Assembly (NCBI RefSeq): GCF_006345805.1
Contig: NW_021836873.1
Coordinates: forward strand, 1-36,746
Length of the DNA stretch: 36,746 bases
From: Octopus sinensis
Taxonomy: Eukaryota
Reading direction: 5' to 3'
Below the pieces are notes generated by a model. That model did no database searches and was not told the DNA's origin. It worked only from the letters and a program-made list of their open reading frames with translations. The position numbers were made by a program, and so were the translations under genes. Positions 22,512 through 34,653 of this stretch are shown here, piece by piece. The first letter of the stretch is position 1. Every line of letters begins with the position of its first letter.

Positions 22512-23237
22512 ATAATAGAGGTAGTGTATATACATGTAGTGTACTGATATTGAATAGTGTTGGGAAGATATGTTGCGTAGTAAAGAGAAGTGTTGTGTAG
22601 TGAAGTGTTGCGTAATGAAGTCCTGCGTAGTGGTGTGCTGGGTAGTGGATGTTATAGAGTTGTTGAGTAAAGTGTTACTTTTGTTTGTTTAGTTCCAGGT
22701 TATTCTTGATTGAATCATCTGAAATCTACATTCCACCAATGATTCTCCCGTATTTTTCCAGGCATAGTTTATCTAGAAGTACATTATTCTGTGCATCATT
22801 CTGATATTTTTGAGATAGAAGGCTGTGATATGAAGGAAATTTGGTTACTGTTTGTAGTCCATCGAGCAATTCTGCAGAGGCCTTCCTCTTTGGTTCCTTA
22901 TCCGTGTTATGGTGTCGAATGAAGCGTTGCATAGTGTCTGAAGTGGGTTCAAATACTACTGTACAATCAATGGTTGAAAAGGATTTTAAGGACTAATGTT
23001 AAACAAATATCTGTGTAGATGATGTTTGAAAGGGGGAGGGGTTATGTAGTCTTCATTTCCATCAACATTTATAGCTCAATGACGTAACTTATTCTGGTGC
23101 ACAACTATGTTGTCATCCTTCACTGTTGGGTATATCCTTTTCTGTAGGAAATTAGTTTTCCCGTCAGTCACTGCACAGAAGCCCAAAATGAGTTACTATT
23201 ACCGTTGTTTATATTGTTGTTCTAGAGATTGATTTTG

Positions 23238-23545
23238 TTGTTAAGACCAATGCCAGCCCTGTCTAAGCAAACCTATGATCAAATATAGCGCCATAACTGG
23301 CTCGCACTTCTCTCAAATTTTGTTCATGCACAAGCATATTATCTAATTTGTCCAAACATTTTAAAGACATCAGCATTTAATTTGAGGGAGGCTTGGCTGC
23401 TGTTTCTCGCAGGCTTCAACGAAAATGTAGAAACGGATTCATTGGCTCTTGTTGAAGTTGTTGTTATTGTTATTTAGCTCAAGTTAGCCTTGATTGAAAC
23501 GACTCATGATCAAAGGCGTTCGAGACGAGATCATCCTGCCTTAAC
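23238..23545 (+). repeat. Two adjacent old family D fragments
   Basis: cagccctgtctaagcaaacctatgatcaaa and ttagccttgattgaaacgactcatgatcaaaggc are mutual homologues; tttgagggaggcttggctgctgtttctcgcagg motif. Confidence 0.55.
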
Positions 23546-23578
23546 AGCAAGAACAACAAATCAACAGAAGTAGCGGAG

Positions 23579-23618
<40 letters not shown>

Positions 23619-24052
23619 GTTTTTGTAAACTGTAACAGAACTGAAAAACTGACGAGAGTTTCGTTATCCTGCAGAAGCGAGTTCATTTGCAGCAAATGTT
23701 CCTAGAATAAACTAGCAAGGGAGATAACTCTAAAACGCTTAATCACCTACTGTCCAGAAAATCTCTAGAGACTAGTGACGCATCCGTATACACTACTCTG
23801 AAATTATTCTGATCATTTATCTGCTGATATTCTAGATTACATTGCATTTGAAATTTATCAGCAAAGCCACATGTTGACTGAACCATGAGAAGTGAATGAT
23901 ACGTAAGTTAGAATCTTTGCAGTGAAGTGAAAGTCGGATAGAAGCGGATCGAGTTTAAATTAATGATCGAAAGCATTATGTCCATTTCCAGCAGCCAGCG
24001 GTACCAACCCAAGTATTAACACACAGTTGAATTTTGTTGGCTATGGATGGAA

Positions 24053-24432
24053 GCACTCTGTCGGTTACGACGACGAGGGTTCCGGTTGATCCGATCAACG
24101 GAAAAGCCTGCGCGTGAAATTAACGTGTAAGTGGCTGAGCACTCCACAGACACGTGTATCCTTAACGTAGTTCTCGGGGATATTCAGCGTGACACAGAGA
24201 GTGACAAGGCCGGCCCTTTGAAATACAGGTACAACAGAAACAGGAAGTAAGAGTGAGAGAAAGTTGTGGTGAAAGCGTACAGCAGGGATCACCACCATCC
24301 CCTGCCGGAGCCGCGTGGAGCTTTTAGGTGTTTTCGCTCAATAAACACTCACAACGCCCGGTCTGGGAATCGAAACCGCGATCCTATGACCGCGAGTCCG
24401 CTGCCCTAACCACTGGGCCATTGCGCCCCCAT
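24053..24432 (-). mobile_element. SINE family C, tail type 2, full length and well preserved
   Basis: Head ggcgcaatggcccagtggttagggcagcggactcgcggtcataggatcgcggtttcgattcccagacc with Pol III A and B boxes. Confidence 0.92.
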
Positions 24433-24632
24433 GTTGGCTAACTGATGTTATAACTCAGGGCTGAAGATACCTCTTGTAAAATAATCCTTTCTACTAAAGG
24501 CACAAATTACGGGGAAGGGATTAGTCAATTACATCGGCTCCACTGTTTCACCTGTACTTAATTATTCGACCCGGAAAAAATGAATAAAAATCAGCGACAT
24601 TTCTTTTCAAATAAAGTATATGCCTTGGGTGT

Positions 24633-24915
24633 GTGGAGGCACATGGCCTAGTAGTTAGAGCAGCGGATTCTCGGTTGAAGGATCGCATGTTCGAATCTCA
24701 GACCGGGCGATGTGTGTGTATATGAGCGAAACACCTGAGCTCCATGCGGCTCCGGCAGAAGGTAATGGCGAACTTCTGCTGACTCTTTCGCCACAATTTT
24801 CTCTCACTCTTTCCTCCTGCATCTTGCAGCTCACCTGCGACGGACTGGTGTCCCGTCCAGGTGGGGAACCTATACGCCAAGGAAACCGGGAAACCGGCCC
24901 TGTGAGCCAGGCGTG
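24633..24915 (+). mobile_element. SINE family C, tail type 1
   Basis: Head gtggaggcacatggcctagtagttagagcagcgg...gttcgaatctc; homologous to 3217-3512. Confidence 0.9.
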
Positions 24916-25369
24916 GACTAACTGGTTCGTCTTTCAAAGAGCAAGTAAAAAGTTCAAGTTATAGTCCAATTTGAATGATTTCATGTTATTTTCTCCCCTA
25001 ACGTATAGATTCGGTCGTGATCAACTGTATCAGAGAGGATGGGGTTCTACCAAATTGACTGCTCCTATTCATTAGTACGAAATATTCTGTGATAACTGTA
25101 GGAATTATTCCTCATCGCCAAAAATCTATTCTTTTTAATATAACATATTATTTGGAGTGAACTGAAATATATAAAATAACATAATCTCTATTTTAAATTT
25201 CTTGTAATCTCTATTTTAAATTTCGTTGGAACCACTGTCAGAATTATAAATACAAATTTTCAATCCAAAACGTTCTATTTTACATTCATAAAACATTATC
25301 CGATTCTTTCGATAAAATCTTTCAAGATCATTTTGAATGACGCCTTCATAAAAGTCTGTATAAAACGTA

Positions 25370-25915
25370 TTGGGTTGTCCGGAAAGTTCGTGCCGATTTA
25401 TAGTAGTTTACCTTTCGACTTATTTTACAACATGGGTGAGTCCATAAAATAGGATTTGACTACACCTCCATTTAAAGCACAGTTTAAGCTACCTTTTCCT
25501 GGAAGAAGGTTTATGTTCCTATAACCTGTGTTAATTCTGTAACCCTTTAAAATCGCACTTGATGCTTTGGGAACCAGACAAAAATTGCTGCATCTTGGCT
25601 GGGATGCGTTACCCCACTCTCCATATTCCCCAGATATTGCTCCTTCGGATTTCCACTTATTCAGGTCTCTGCAGAATAGCCTTAATGGTAAAAATTTCAA
25701 TTCCTTGGATGACGTAAAAAGATACCTAGATGAATTATTTGCCATGAAACTACCTCAATTCTGGGAAGAGGGTATTTCCAAGTTAAGGGAAAGATGGAGA
25801 CGCATTGTGCAACAAAATATTTCATATTCATATTTGGTTTTAAAATGTAATGGCAAGTATTTATTGACCTTTTTCTTTCCTTTAAAAATTGGCACGAACT
25901 TTCCGGATAGCCCAA
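25370..25915 (+). mobile_element. Internally deleted mariner transposon
   Basis: 30-bp TIRs ttgggttgtccggaaagttcgtgccgattt / reverse complement ttgggctatccggaaagttcgtgccaattt; TA on both sides. Confidence 0.95.
25567..25830 (+). pseudogene. Mariner transposase C-terminal fragment
   Basis: LGWDALPHSPYSPDIAPSDFHLFRSLQNSL...GISKLRERW contains the YSPDLAPxD-type motif carrying the third catalytic Asp; N-terminal part is missing. Confidence 0.95.
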
Positions 25916-27725
25916 TATTTTCCAAGAATCTGGACTGTTTTATTAAATTTTCATATATTCATAAACGTAACTTTGTTTTAAACTCAGCACCTGGCCTCTG
26001 TTTCCAGCATTCGTGTCAGATTTCTGACCTAAAGATATATAAAAGATGGGATATGCGCATCACAGTCAATCTTGAGATATATGAGAGATAAAAATATGAG
26101 CATGACATTGAAGCTTCCGCTGTAGGTATTAGAGAAATGAAATAGGAAGAGTTAAAATCAAGCATTAAGTAGCATTTGACACTAATTACTGATATCGATT
26201 TCTGTCTTATTTTGGGCTTAAGATCACGAATATATAGTCAAGAGAAACGAATTTTTACGATGTCCAGGATGATCTCAAATAAGTTGGCACCGCAGAGAAC
26301 CAGTTGGAAAACCAGCTTCTAGACGTTTATTTTAGAAAATGTTACTTCCTATTTTTTTTTTTTTTACAACGTATTCTAAAAATGGCATTCGCCGATAATT
26401 ATACAATTTTAAAATTGTATAAAAGATTAGGATTAGTTGTCAAATATCTATTGCATGCAATAAATAGATGCATGGAAATTTGTTACTAAACCGGTTTTAT
26501 ACCAAAAGATGACACAAATTCGACAGCTGCAATGATAAACATCTGAGATATTGAATCATAAATTTGACACTCATTGCTGGTCAATATTAACAGCAATTAT
26601 TTGGCATCTAGACACATGTTACTCTTCGTGAGAACATTACCACACCCTAGCAGGCATGTAAGCTGTTGCAATCTCTTGAATATCGAACATATTGTATGTA
26701 AACAAGAATTTTGTGTTGTTGGTTAACAGGCTGTTTGTCAAATAGCCAAAATATGAGTTCTACATTCATGTCTTAATATATAACATACTTGATAAAAATT
26801 AATAACGTATAAATTTATATCCATTTGGATAATTTGGATAGTGGAGGGAAGGATATAATCGTTTTGCAATTTTAATGCATGTATTTTCGAAAAAATTGTA
26901 GACAGCTTTAATTATTTGAGCAGCAAATATAAGTTTTTTTTCAGATATTGAATAAAGATTATGAAGTTCGAAGTTTGTTTACTTGATAGATTAACAAACT
27001 ACCGTATATATTACTTTAGTACAGTAGTATCCATGATCGAGGTATCTTAATTTCATTGTTCATGTAATTCGAAGATAAACTGGTAATACTAAGCTTAAAC
27101 GGAATGAGCTGTACATTGTTATTTACTTTTTTCCGCTGTCTTTAAACACACAGTGGTTTTAGCATTGAGAGAAATGAAATCCTCCAACTTAATTTAGTGC
27201 GGGTACCTATGTAAAGACGGATTCTGTAGCGGTAAAGTCCATTATCCAATGGCCTATTATTTATTGGTTAAACAGATGAAGAAGTGCTGTGGTCTTAGCC
27301 TTTTCAGGCGCTCTTAAACCAGTGCAGCCGTACCATCGATGCAGCGCACATTTTCTAGGAATATCTTGATGTCAACATATATAACGAAGGAGAATATTTA
27401 TGCTAAATGTATAGTGTGGGGACTAGGAAGTGAGTTGCGACAGAGATGGCTATATGGCTATAGTAGGGCAAAGTAGATCGATATGTGAGCTAAATTTCAG
27501 AGATTTCTTATACTGTTGCAGAACCGGCGCTACAGACATGGAGAGTGAATCGTACCACACGTACCAGTTTCAAAGCATGTTAGTGTCATTGGTAAAATTA
27601 ATTCCATTTAACATATGAAATTCTTTTTGAGACTCGGTTTCCCTGGTTTTTATCCCTTGATTTATGGCTATCATGTCGAAATTAGTATTAGTTAATGAAT
27701 AACCGTTTGTGTATGAGTGTGTGTT

Positions 27726-27759
<34 letters not shown>

Positions 27760-28639
27760 GTGTGTGTGTGTGTGTGTGTGTATGTGTGTGTGTGAGTGTG
27801 TGTGTGTGTGTGTAGGTAAAATGGCTGTTTTTAGGGAAAGATGCTGAGAAATATAATATTCTGCTTCAATAAAAGAGCTTAAATTGTGTAATATTGTATA
27901 ATTGACTTAAAAGAGGCTTGAACCTTCACCTCACTTTCATCTTACTTTTTACTTTACTGATTTAGTTTGGTAGAGGATCACAGAACCATAGAGAAGTGAA
28001 TAGATAGAGGGAAAATGAGATGGTACTGTTAATTAAACGGAAATATGAAAACTTCGATATTGGATTTTTATTAGGTTATAAATACAATGACTTGTCTTTT
28101 AGTATAGAAGAACAGACAATGGAATCAACCACGGTAAGTTACCAGGAATTTACTTGTACATATGATACCGATCATCTCTGAAGAAAGAAAGAGAATAAAT
28201 GACACCAGTTGCATTTGAACCGAGAACCTAAAAGAATAAGGTCTTAACGTTTCTGCAAATCATGCTTGATGTATGTATATGTGTAGGTACATTTGTCAGT
28301 GTCCGAAACCGTCTTTATATTTACCGTTATGAAATCAGTTTTTAGTCACAAAATATAATTTATCGGATTGATGAAACACGTTAATTAAATAAATATCGAA
28401 ACTGACGTAGGTACTGTGGTTGATGTTATCGTCTAAGACTTTTATTGACAGTTACTCAGCTTGGTCGCAGTCCAATAACTGACAACCAGTATAAGAATAA
28501 AAGAAAATTAAAATAATAACTTGAAGCTATCTTCGATGCAAGAAGCGTTTTATAACTAACGAATGTCTAGTTAGTTTATAATTCGGAGTACCTAAGTTTT
28601 GTGGGTAGGGAATTCAATAGTCAATAGGAGCTTCCATAC

Positions 28640-28693
28640 CTCTTACGTACGTCACTTTCGATTTAAGCAAGTAATTAAATTCCGTTTCAAACC
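28640..28693 (-). CDS. Weak candidate exon (54 nt, phase 1 to 1)
   Basis: ttttaattag|...AG|gtatgg; open as (G)FETEFNYLLKSKVTYVR; phase-compatible with 32937-33023. Confidence 0.15.
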
Positions 28694-29772
28694 CTAATTA
28701 AAATATACGTCTTTCAATGGAATTCATATGTGAATGACACGATGAGAAAAAAAGGTGTAAACTTCTTTCAGGTCTTCTCATTTGTTTTACATAATATGCA
28801 GAACACATGGTCTGTTTCTTTCGAATCCTCAATGAGGAGAACATTAATTGTATGCCACACTCATTTCATACAAAATGTGCTATTGTTATAATAAATTCAA
28901 ATACTTGCTCACTTGCATCTCAATTTACTCCTCTCTTTCTCTCTACTCCTTTTCTTTCTCTGGAGTTGCAATGCTCTTCTCACTCCTTCTCGGTCCCACC
29001 TCTCTCTCTGTGCCTGTCTCTGTATGTGTGCCCTTTATTATTTTCCTTTATATAATATTCGTTTATTATCGTTTACTGAATGTACTTAAACAATATAAAC
29101 CATTGTTGTAGACATGATTCATTCACACCATACATTAGTAATTAGAATAATTTAATTCCTTCCTTCTCTAATAAATGCAACACTGTTTAATATGAAACCG
29201 ACAACTGACCGGTGAATTACCTGCCTTCTCTGCACATCACGTGTGTTGATGGTCTGGTAGCAGTAACAGTAATAAATCCAACTTAGAGAGTTGCAACTCA
29301 TATTCCGGCCAGCGCTGTTGAACATATCGTATCGATCGCTGTATTATTATTATTTTATTATTTTTTTTACTTGCTCTTGGAATACCTTTCTCAGGTGTAT
29401 TAATCAACATTTCATAATCAATATACAACAGAGCAATACAATGGAATAGTGGGAACATTACCAATGCAATTTAGATTGTTATTATCATTGGGAGTTACAG
29501 GTGCATCTAGAGAAAAATTTCCACAATAATGCACTAAACACAGGATAGATCAACCACCACAAACCCTACCCACACCCGTTAATTCTACAATCAGAACAAT
29601 TATAATTATCACAATAACCATCATCACCACCACTATCGCATCACCACTACCGCCACATTTCATTCGAAGTAACACTATCGGTATTTCCAGAATGAATACA
29701 GCTCTAACGTCCATCGCATCGAAAATGTCCGAAGATCCTTAGTATTTTCCCAAATTTAAAAGACCTTAGACA

Positions 29773-30238
29773 CAGGCGTGGATCTGTGGTAAGAGATTTA
29801 CTTCTCAACCACGTAATTCCCAGTTCGGTCCCACCGCGTGGAAACTTGGGAAAGTGTCTCCTACAATATCCCTAGGAGGACCTTGGCCTTGTGAGTGGAT
29901 TTGGCAGACGGAAACTGAAAGAAGCTCTTCGTATATATATATATATATATATATGTATATGTATGTATATGTATGTATATGTATATATATATATGTATAT
30001 GTTTGTGTGTGTGAGCGTGTGGGTGTGTGTGTCCCTAACCACTGCTTAAAAACCGGTGTTGGTGTGCTTACGCTTTCGTAATCTAGTGGTTAGGCAAAGG
30101 AGCCCGATACATTAAGTGCTAAGTTTTAAAAGATAAGTACTGGATGGGTGGGGTGCGTTGTTCACCCGAAAATTAGTCGAGGCGGTGCCACACCATGTCT
30201 TCAGTCAATTGACTGAAACAAGTAAAAGATAAAAGATC
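29773..30238 (+). mobile_element. SINE family B, full length, diverged
   Basis: Head, (TA)/(TATG)/(TG) centre and tail all alignable to 34654-35097. Confidence 0.85.
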
Positions 30239-30698
30239 ACCCAATTATATGATTTTGCCTTGTATTCGAACCCTCATTGGATTCATAAGGAACCGTCGTG
30301 TCATGCGGCGCGCCTTGAGCATTCTTAGACTTGGTAAGTCGATCCTTCTTTAGGTCGGAAGGGAGGTGATTACTTTCAGTAAAAAACACGCACACACACT
30401 CGCGCGCACGAGAAAGTGTAAGAGAGAGCGTGTGTGAGTCGACCTCAGTACTGGACTGGCGATCTATTATCGAACAGAGGCAAAAATGATTTCGGCTAGA
30501 GAAGAATTGAATGGTCAACGAGCTGGAACGAACACGGCAAGGCAATCCACCCTTCGGACGTTCTAATAATTCTGCCAATTCCCATTTTATTAGTGATGTA
30601 TACATCCTCAAAAGCATTCTAAAAATAGACACCGATATAAATTTGATCAACTCTAGCGTAGCTTTTATGTAAAGGTTGAATTAAGCAAAGCTTCTTTA

Positions 30699-30746
<48 letters not shown>

Positions 30747-31260
30747 TATATAATATATCAGCTTCAATAAAAAAAAACATATTATTCTATCTTCAGTATT
30801 CGAGTGCTATTTATTCCTTCTTGTTTTGCATTTATGCGCTTTCTCGTGTGGTGTATGTGTGTATGTATATATATGTAGATATATGTATATATATGTATGT
30901 GTGTGTGTGTATGTGTGTGCGTGCGTGTGTGTGTGTGTGTGTGAATGTATGTGTACGTATACATTATATACATGCACGTATATATATATAGATATATATA
31001 TAGGTATCTATAATACGTTAAAAGTCAGTTTCAATCTTGCTTGGTTGTAATGTTACTCAGCGAAACTGGCGCATAATGGGAAAATACCCTGAATTAAGTG
31101 TCCCTGAAATGTTAATACGAATCGAATGAAGCAAGATTTTCGTAAATCGGTAAAGTAGTTTTCAAGATATTAGAGATTTTCGTATCAAAAACTTTCTAAC
31201 CGTAACTATCTCGTCGTATTTAGGGATATTCAAGTCTATATTATTTAAAGCGCTCATTCC

Positions 31261-31380
31261 TTATCTACAATAAAATGTGATATGAGGAAGATTTCTGTTG
31301 CTCATTCAAAGGTATGGTACGCCTACTGTAGGCGCTTCGTCGATGACACGTTTAATGTTTGCTGAGATAAAACAAAACAT
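31261..31380 (+). pseudogene. Possible Penelope-type reverse transcriptase remnant
   Basis: KVWYAYCRRFVDDTFNVC* (RFVDDTF at 31333-31353) resembles the PLE RT catalytic motif RYVDDTF; flanks are decayed. Confidence 0.4.
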
Positions 31381-31682
31381 TCCAACAGTAAAACAACTAA
31401 CTACGACCATCACTGACAATCAAGGTTGGTTGTCATTGTAGTAAATGTACTATGCTTTCGCTAATTGTTTTAGATGCTTGCTTTACCACGAACTGACTAC
31501 CTGTCGGTCTTGTTACCTTGGATCCATAGAAACATCCAGACTGTGCTAGCTACAGAGAAAGAGAGAGAGAGAGAGATAGAGAGAGGTGGGGGCAGGGACT
31601 GTGCCAGCACCGAATAGGTACTTTATGAATCACGAAAACGTTGAACTCGACGGGATTTGAACTCTGATCTAGAAGAAATACC

Positions 31683-32262
31683 TAATTGTTTACTACCCAC
31701 AAGGGGCTAAATACAGAGAGGACAAACAAGGATTAAGTCGATTGTATCGACCCCAGTGCGTGAATGGTATTTATTTAATCGATCCCGAAAAGATGAAAAG
31801 CAAAGTCGACCTCGGCGGAATTTGAACTCAGAACGTAACAGCAGACGAAATACCTATTTCTTTACTGCCCACAAGGGACTAAACACAGAGAGGACAAACA
31901 AGGACAGACAAATGGATTAAGTCGATTGTATCGACCCCAGTGCGTAAATGGTACTTATTTAATCGACCCCGAAAAGATGAAAAGCAAAGTCGACCTCGGC
32001 GGAATTTGAACTCAGAACGTAACGGCAGACGAAATACCTATTTCTTTACTGCCCACAAGGGACTAAACACAGAGAGGACAAACAAGGACAGACAAACGGA
32101 TTAAGTCGATTATATCGACCCTAGTGCGTAACTGGTACTTGTTTAATCGACCCCGAAAGGCAAAGTCGACCTCGGCGGAATTTGAACTCAGAACGTAACA
32201 GCAGACGAAATACCACTATGCACTTCGCCCGGCGTGCTAACGATTCTGCCAGCTCGCCGCCT
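31683..32262 (-). mobile_element. SINE family A with one head and three tandem bodies, flanked by a 15-bp TSD
   Basis: gaaatacc recurs at 31675, 31847, 32031 and 32207; tctagaagaaatacc at 31668-31682 and 32263-32277. Confidence 0.93.
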
Positions 32263-32936
32263 TCTAGAAGAAATACCGCAATGCGTTTTATACGCGACGT
32301 CTTAACGACTCTTGTCAGTCAACAGCCTTACGCTACAAACTATTATGTCGCATATAAATCTGGTGATTTACCCTTTTCTGTCAACTCGCAGCCTGTTATT
32401 ATCGGTTTCGCAATCAATAAGCAAAACACCTTTACAAAGAAATAAATACCATATTTTATTGTTATTTTTGTACCAGAAAAGTCATTTAGTACACAATATT
32501 TACTCAGATTAATATCTTTAAGTAGACAGTTTCACACATTAATTATTTCATTCATTCTGTATTCAGAGTGGGAAAACTAGCTTCTTTATAAGTTTGCTAA
32601 ATAGATTCTTGAATAACTTATGATATTGATGAGATGTTGATGAAATTATTATTGATTGCTAATAAAAGGTACAAGGCCACAATGTTGGGAAATGGAATAG
32701 TCAATTATAACGCTCCCAACACTTACTTGACTTCTGCTTATTTTATAGATTCCGGAAGGGTGAAAGGTTACGTCGAAATTATTGAGTTTCACACTTATGA
32801 CATAAAAAGGGCCATCTAAATGAAGGTACTTTGCTCGGCGCAGTAGCACAAAATAGGGTTTCGCATGTGTAATACAGTGAGTTAAAAAATTTTCCATTAG
32901 TAGAGATTATCCTTAAAATTAGGGGCCAAATCTTAC

Positions 32937-33023
32937 CCTGGAGTAACTCCATTAATGTAAATCCAACGAAATTTTTGGAAAACAAATTCAATGCAGAGCG
33001 GATTATGTTTTTAAAACTAGGTT
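32937..33023 (-). CDS. Candidate coding exon (87 nt, phase 1 to 1) resembling CD36/scavenger receptor class B
   Basis: gtcctttgttttcag|...CAGG|gtaaga; (E)PSFKNIIRSALNLFSKNFVGFTLMELLQ(G) aligns by eye with the family motif F-x3-T-[VL]-x-ELLWGY. Confidence 0.45.
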
Positions 33024-33170
33024 CTGAAAACAAAGGACATGCTTTGATCTTACTAAATCTCTACAGTGAATCAAATTTAGTTTAGCTGGCAACTTTTGGA
33101 AAACTTTCGGGCTACAGCTCCGGATTTCCCAATATGAAGGTAATTTGGTTGACAGAACACCGAAAACCCA

Positions 33171-33231
<61 letters not shown>

Positions 33232-33659
33232 ATCATTTATATACCTAAATTGCTACAGGAGCGAGTAAAAATCTTAAAATCCGGCTGGCTCACAAACACA
33301 TACACACATATATACATTTTATAAGGAGTGATCGGAACTCTAAGCCGCTCCTGGAGCCACCCCAGCTAAAAATAGGTCACGTGTCTTCTGCTCTACGTAT
33401 TGAGCTCCCTTTCTCCCATTCATAAAAAACTAGGCGTATCTGCATGTATATGTTCTTTGCCATCCGATCAGACTGTTTGGTGAGAAGGGAGTTTTGTTCA
33501 ACTCATTAGCCACAATTGAGCTGTAGCTTAATACGGTAGCAGGGACCACATTTCGTGTTGGAAAATAGCTTTTCGAGTAATATTAGAGTGGCCTCTCTCG
33601 GACGGAAGCAATTCGAAAGGAGTAGAGAGCAACATCTGTGGCGGGAATTTAACGCCTGT

Positions 33660-33870
33660 TTGGCTGAAAGAATTCACTTAGAAATTCCACTCCAAGTATG
33701 TTATGAGGTTTACTTTCCAGGCTTTACTCCTTCACTATTTACAACTAGCTGGGGTTCTATAACTTTAGTCAGGGGTCCAACCTAGTTTCTGTCCGCCAAA
33801 ACCAACTGAATCAAGGAATCATGTCACTAAGGATTTCAAAAATGCAATGAACAAGGGATTGATTTTTTTT
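33660..33870 (-). pseudogene. Possible Ty3/gypsy retropepsin remnant
   Basis: Frameshifted pieces INPLFIAFLKSL / IQLVLADRN*VGPL / NILGVEFLSEF occur in the order expected for a retropepsin; no DTG active site seen. Confidence 0.35.
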
Positions 33871-34653
33871 GGTAACTTGTAATCAACCACGCTATTGTTC
33901 ACGATGTGCAATATAAATTGAATAAGTTATTTAAAATTTGTGATATTCTTACTGATGTTACTACATGAGCAGTGGAATTGAAAGTAGTTTTAGCTGAAGG
34001 TGGAAAACTTATTATAAGATCTGTTAGCCGATAAAGTGACTGTCACTCTGAATACCAAACCGTTAAAGATTAAATATCAATCAACCCCCGCCGACACACA
34101 CACCTCCACGAATTTTCAAATCAACACCCGTCTGTTACCTCATTGAACTCGGAAAAACTTCAGTAACCACCTATTAGAATGATTAAGTTAATGAGTTCTT
34201 AATTACTAAAAATTAAACGTAAAAGCGTTGCCTTACCCCATGGAAAACTAATTTATGAATTATATATGGTTATTTAATTTCATTCACAGGATATTACAAA
34301 GTATATTGATTCTGTAGTTTGACTTAATTTATATATTTGTATGTGAGGATTGTCTGTATTGAATTCAGTAAAACCTGCAGTTTGCTTTAATTGACGCCAT
34401 AGATGTTCAATGCAGTGTCAACTGCGGTGCGAATTGAACTTAAAACATAAGTAAGAAAGACCTTTAACACATGCTTCTGTTAAATTAAATATTGATTTCA
34501 TCATAAGAGGACACATTTTTGTGTGAAGATTGTTGTCGATTGAATCAATCAGAGTATACGAGTGTCACTTCTTTTATTGTAACCATTTAAATGAAGTTGG
34601 AACCATTAAAATGGTGTGTATGTGTGGTATATATATATATATATATATATATA

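Noticed and set aside
23649-23665. CTGACGA followed by gagtttcg as another hammerhead
   Set aside because: There is no stem II followed by GAAA in the right order.
24355-24432. tRNA-like heads (here and at 6751, 7074, 24633, 34654, 32207-32262, 9368-9426)
   Set aside because: They have A/B boxes but no complete cloverleaf or acceptor stem and continue into repeat bodies; they are SINE heads, not tRNA genes.
25491-25525. Minus-strand GYRNINLLPGK as the next CD36 exon
   Set aside because: It lies inside the mariner element's 5' region, so it is likely coincidental.
25831-26091. C-terminal half of the 174-aa ORF
   Set aside because: It is read-through across the right TIR into flanking DNA after the transposase end decayed.
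30237-30650. 137-aa minus-strand ORF
   Set aside because: It overlaps a decayed family A SINE and CA/GA repeats and has no domain similarity.
31675-32206. Regularly spaced direct repeats suggestive of CRISPR
   Set aside because: Whole ~180-bp units repeat with no unique spacers, there are no cas genes, and the context is eukaryotic.
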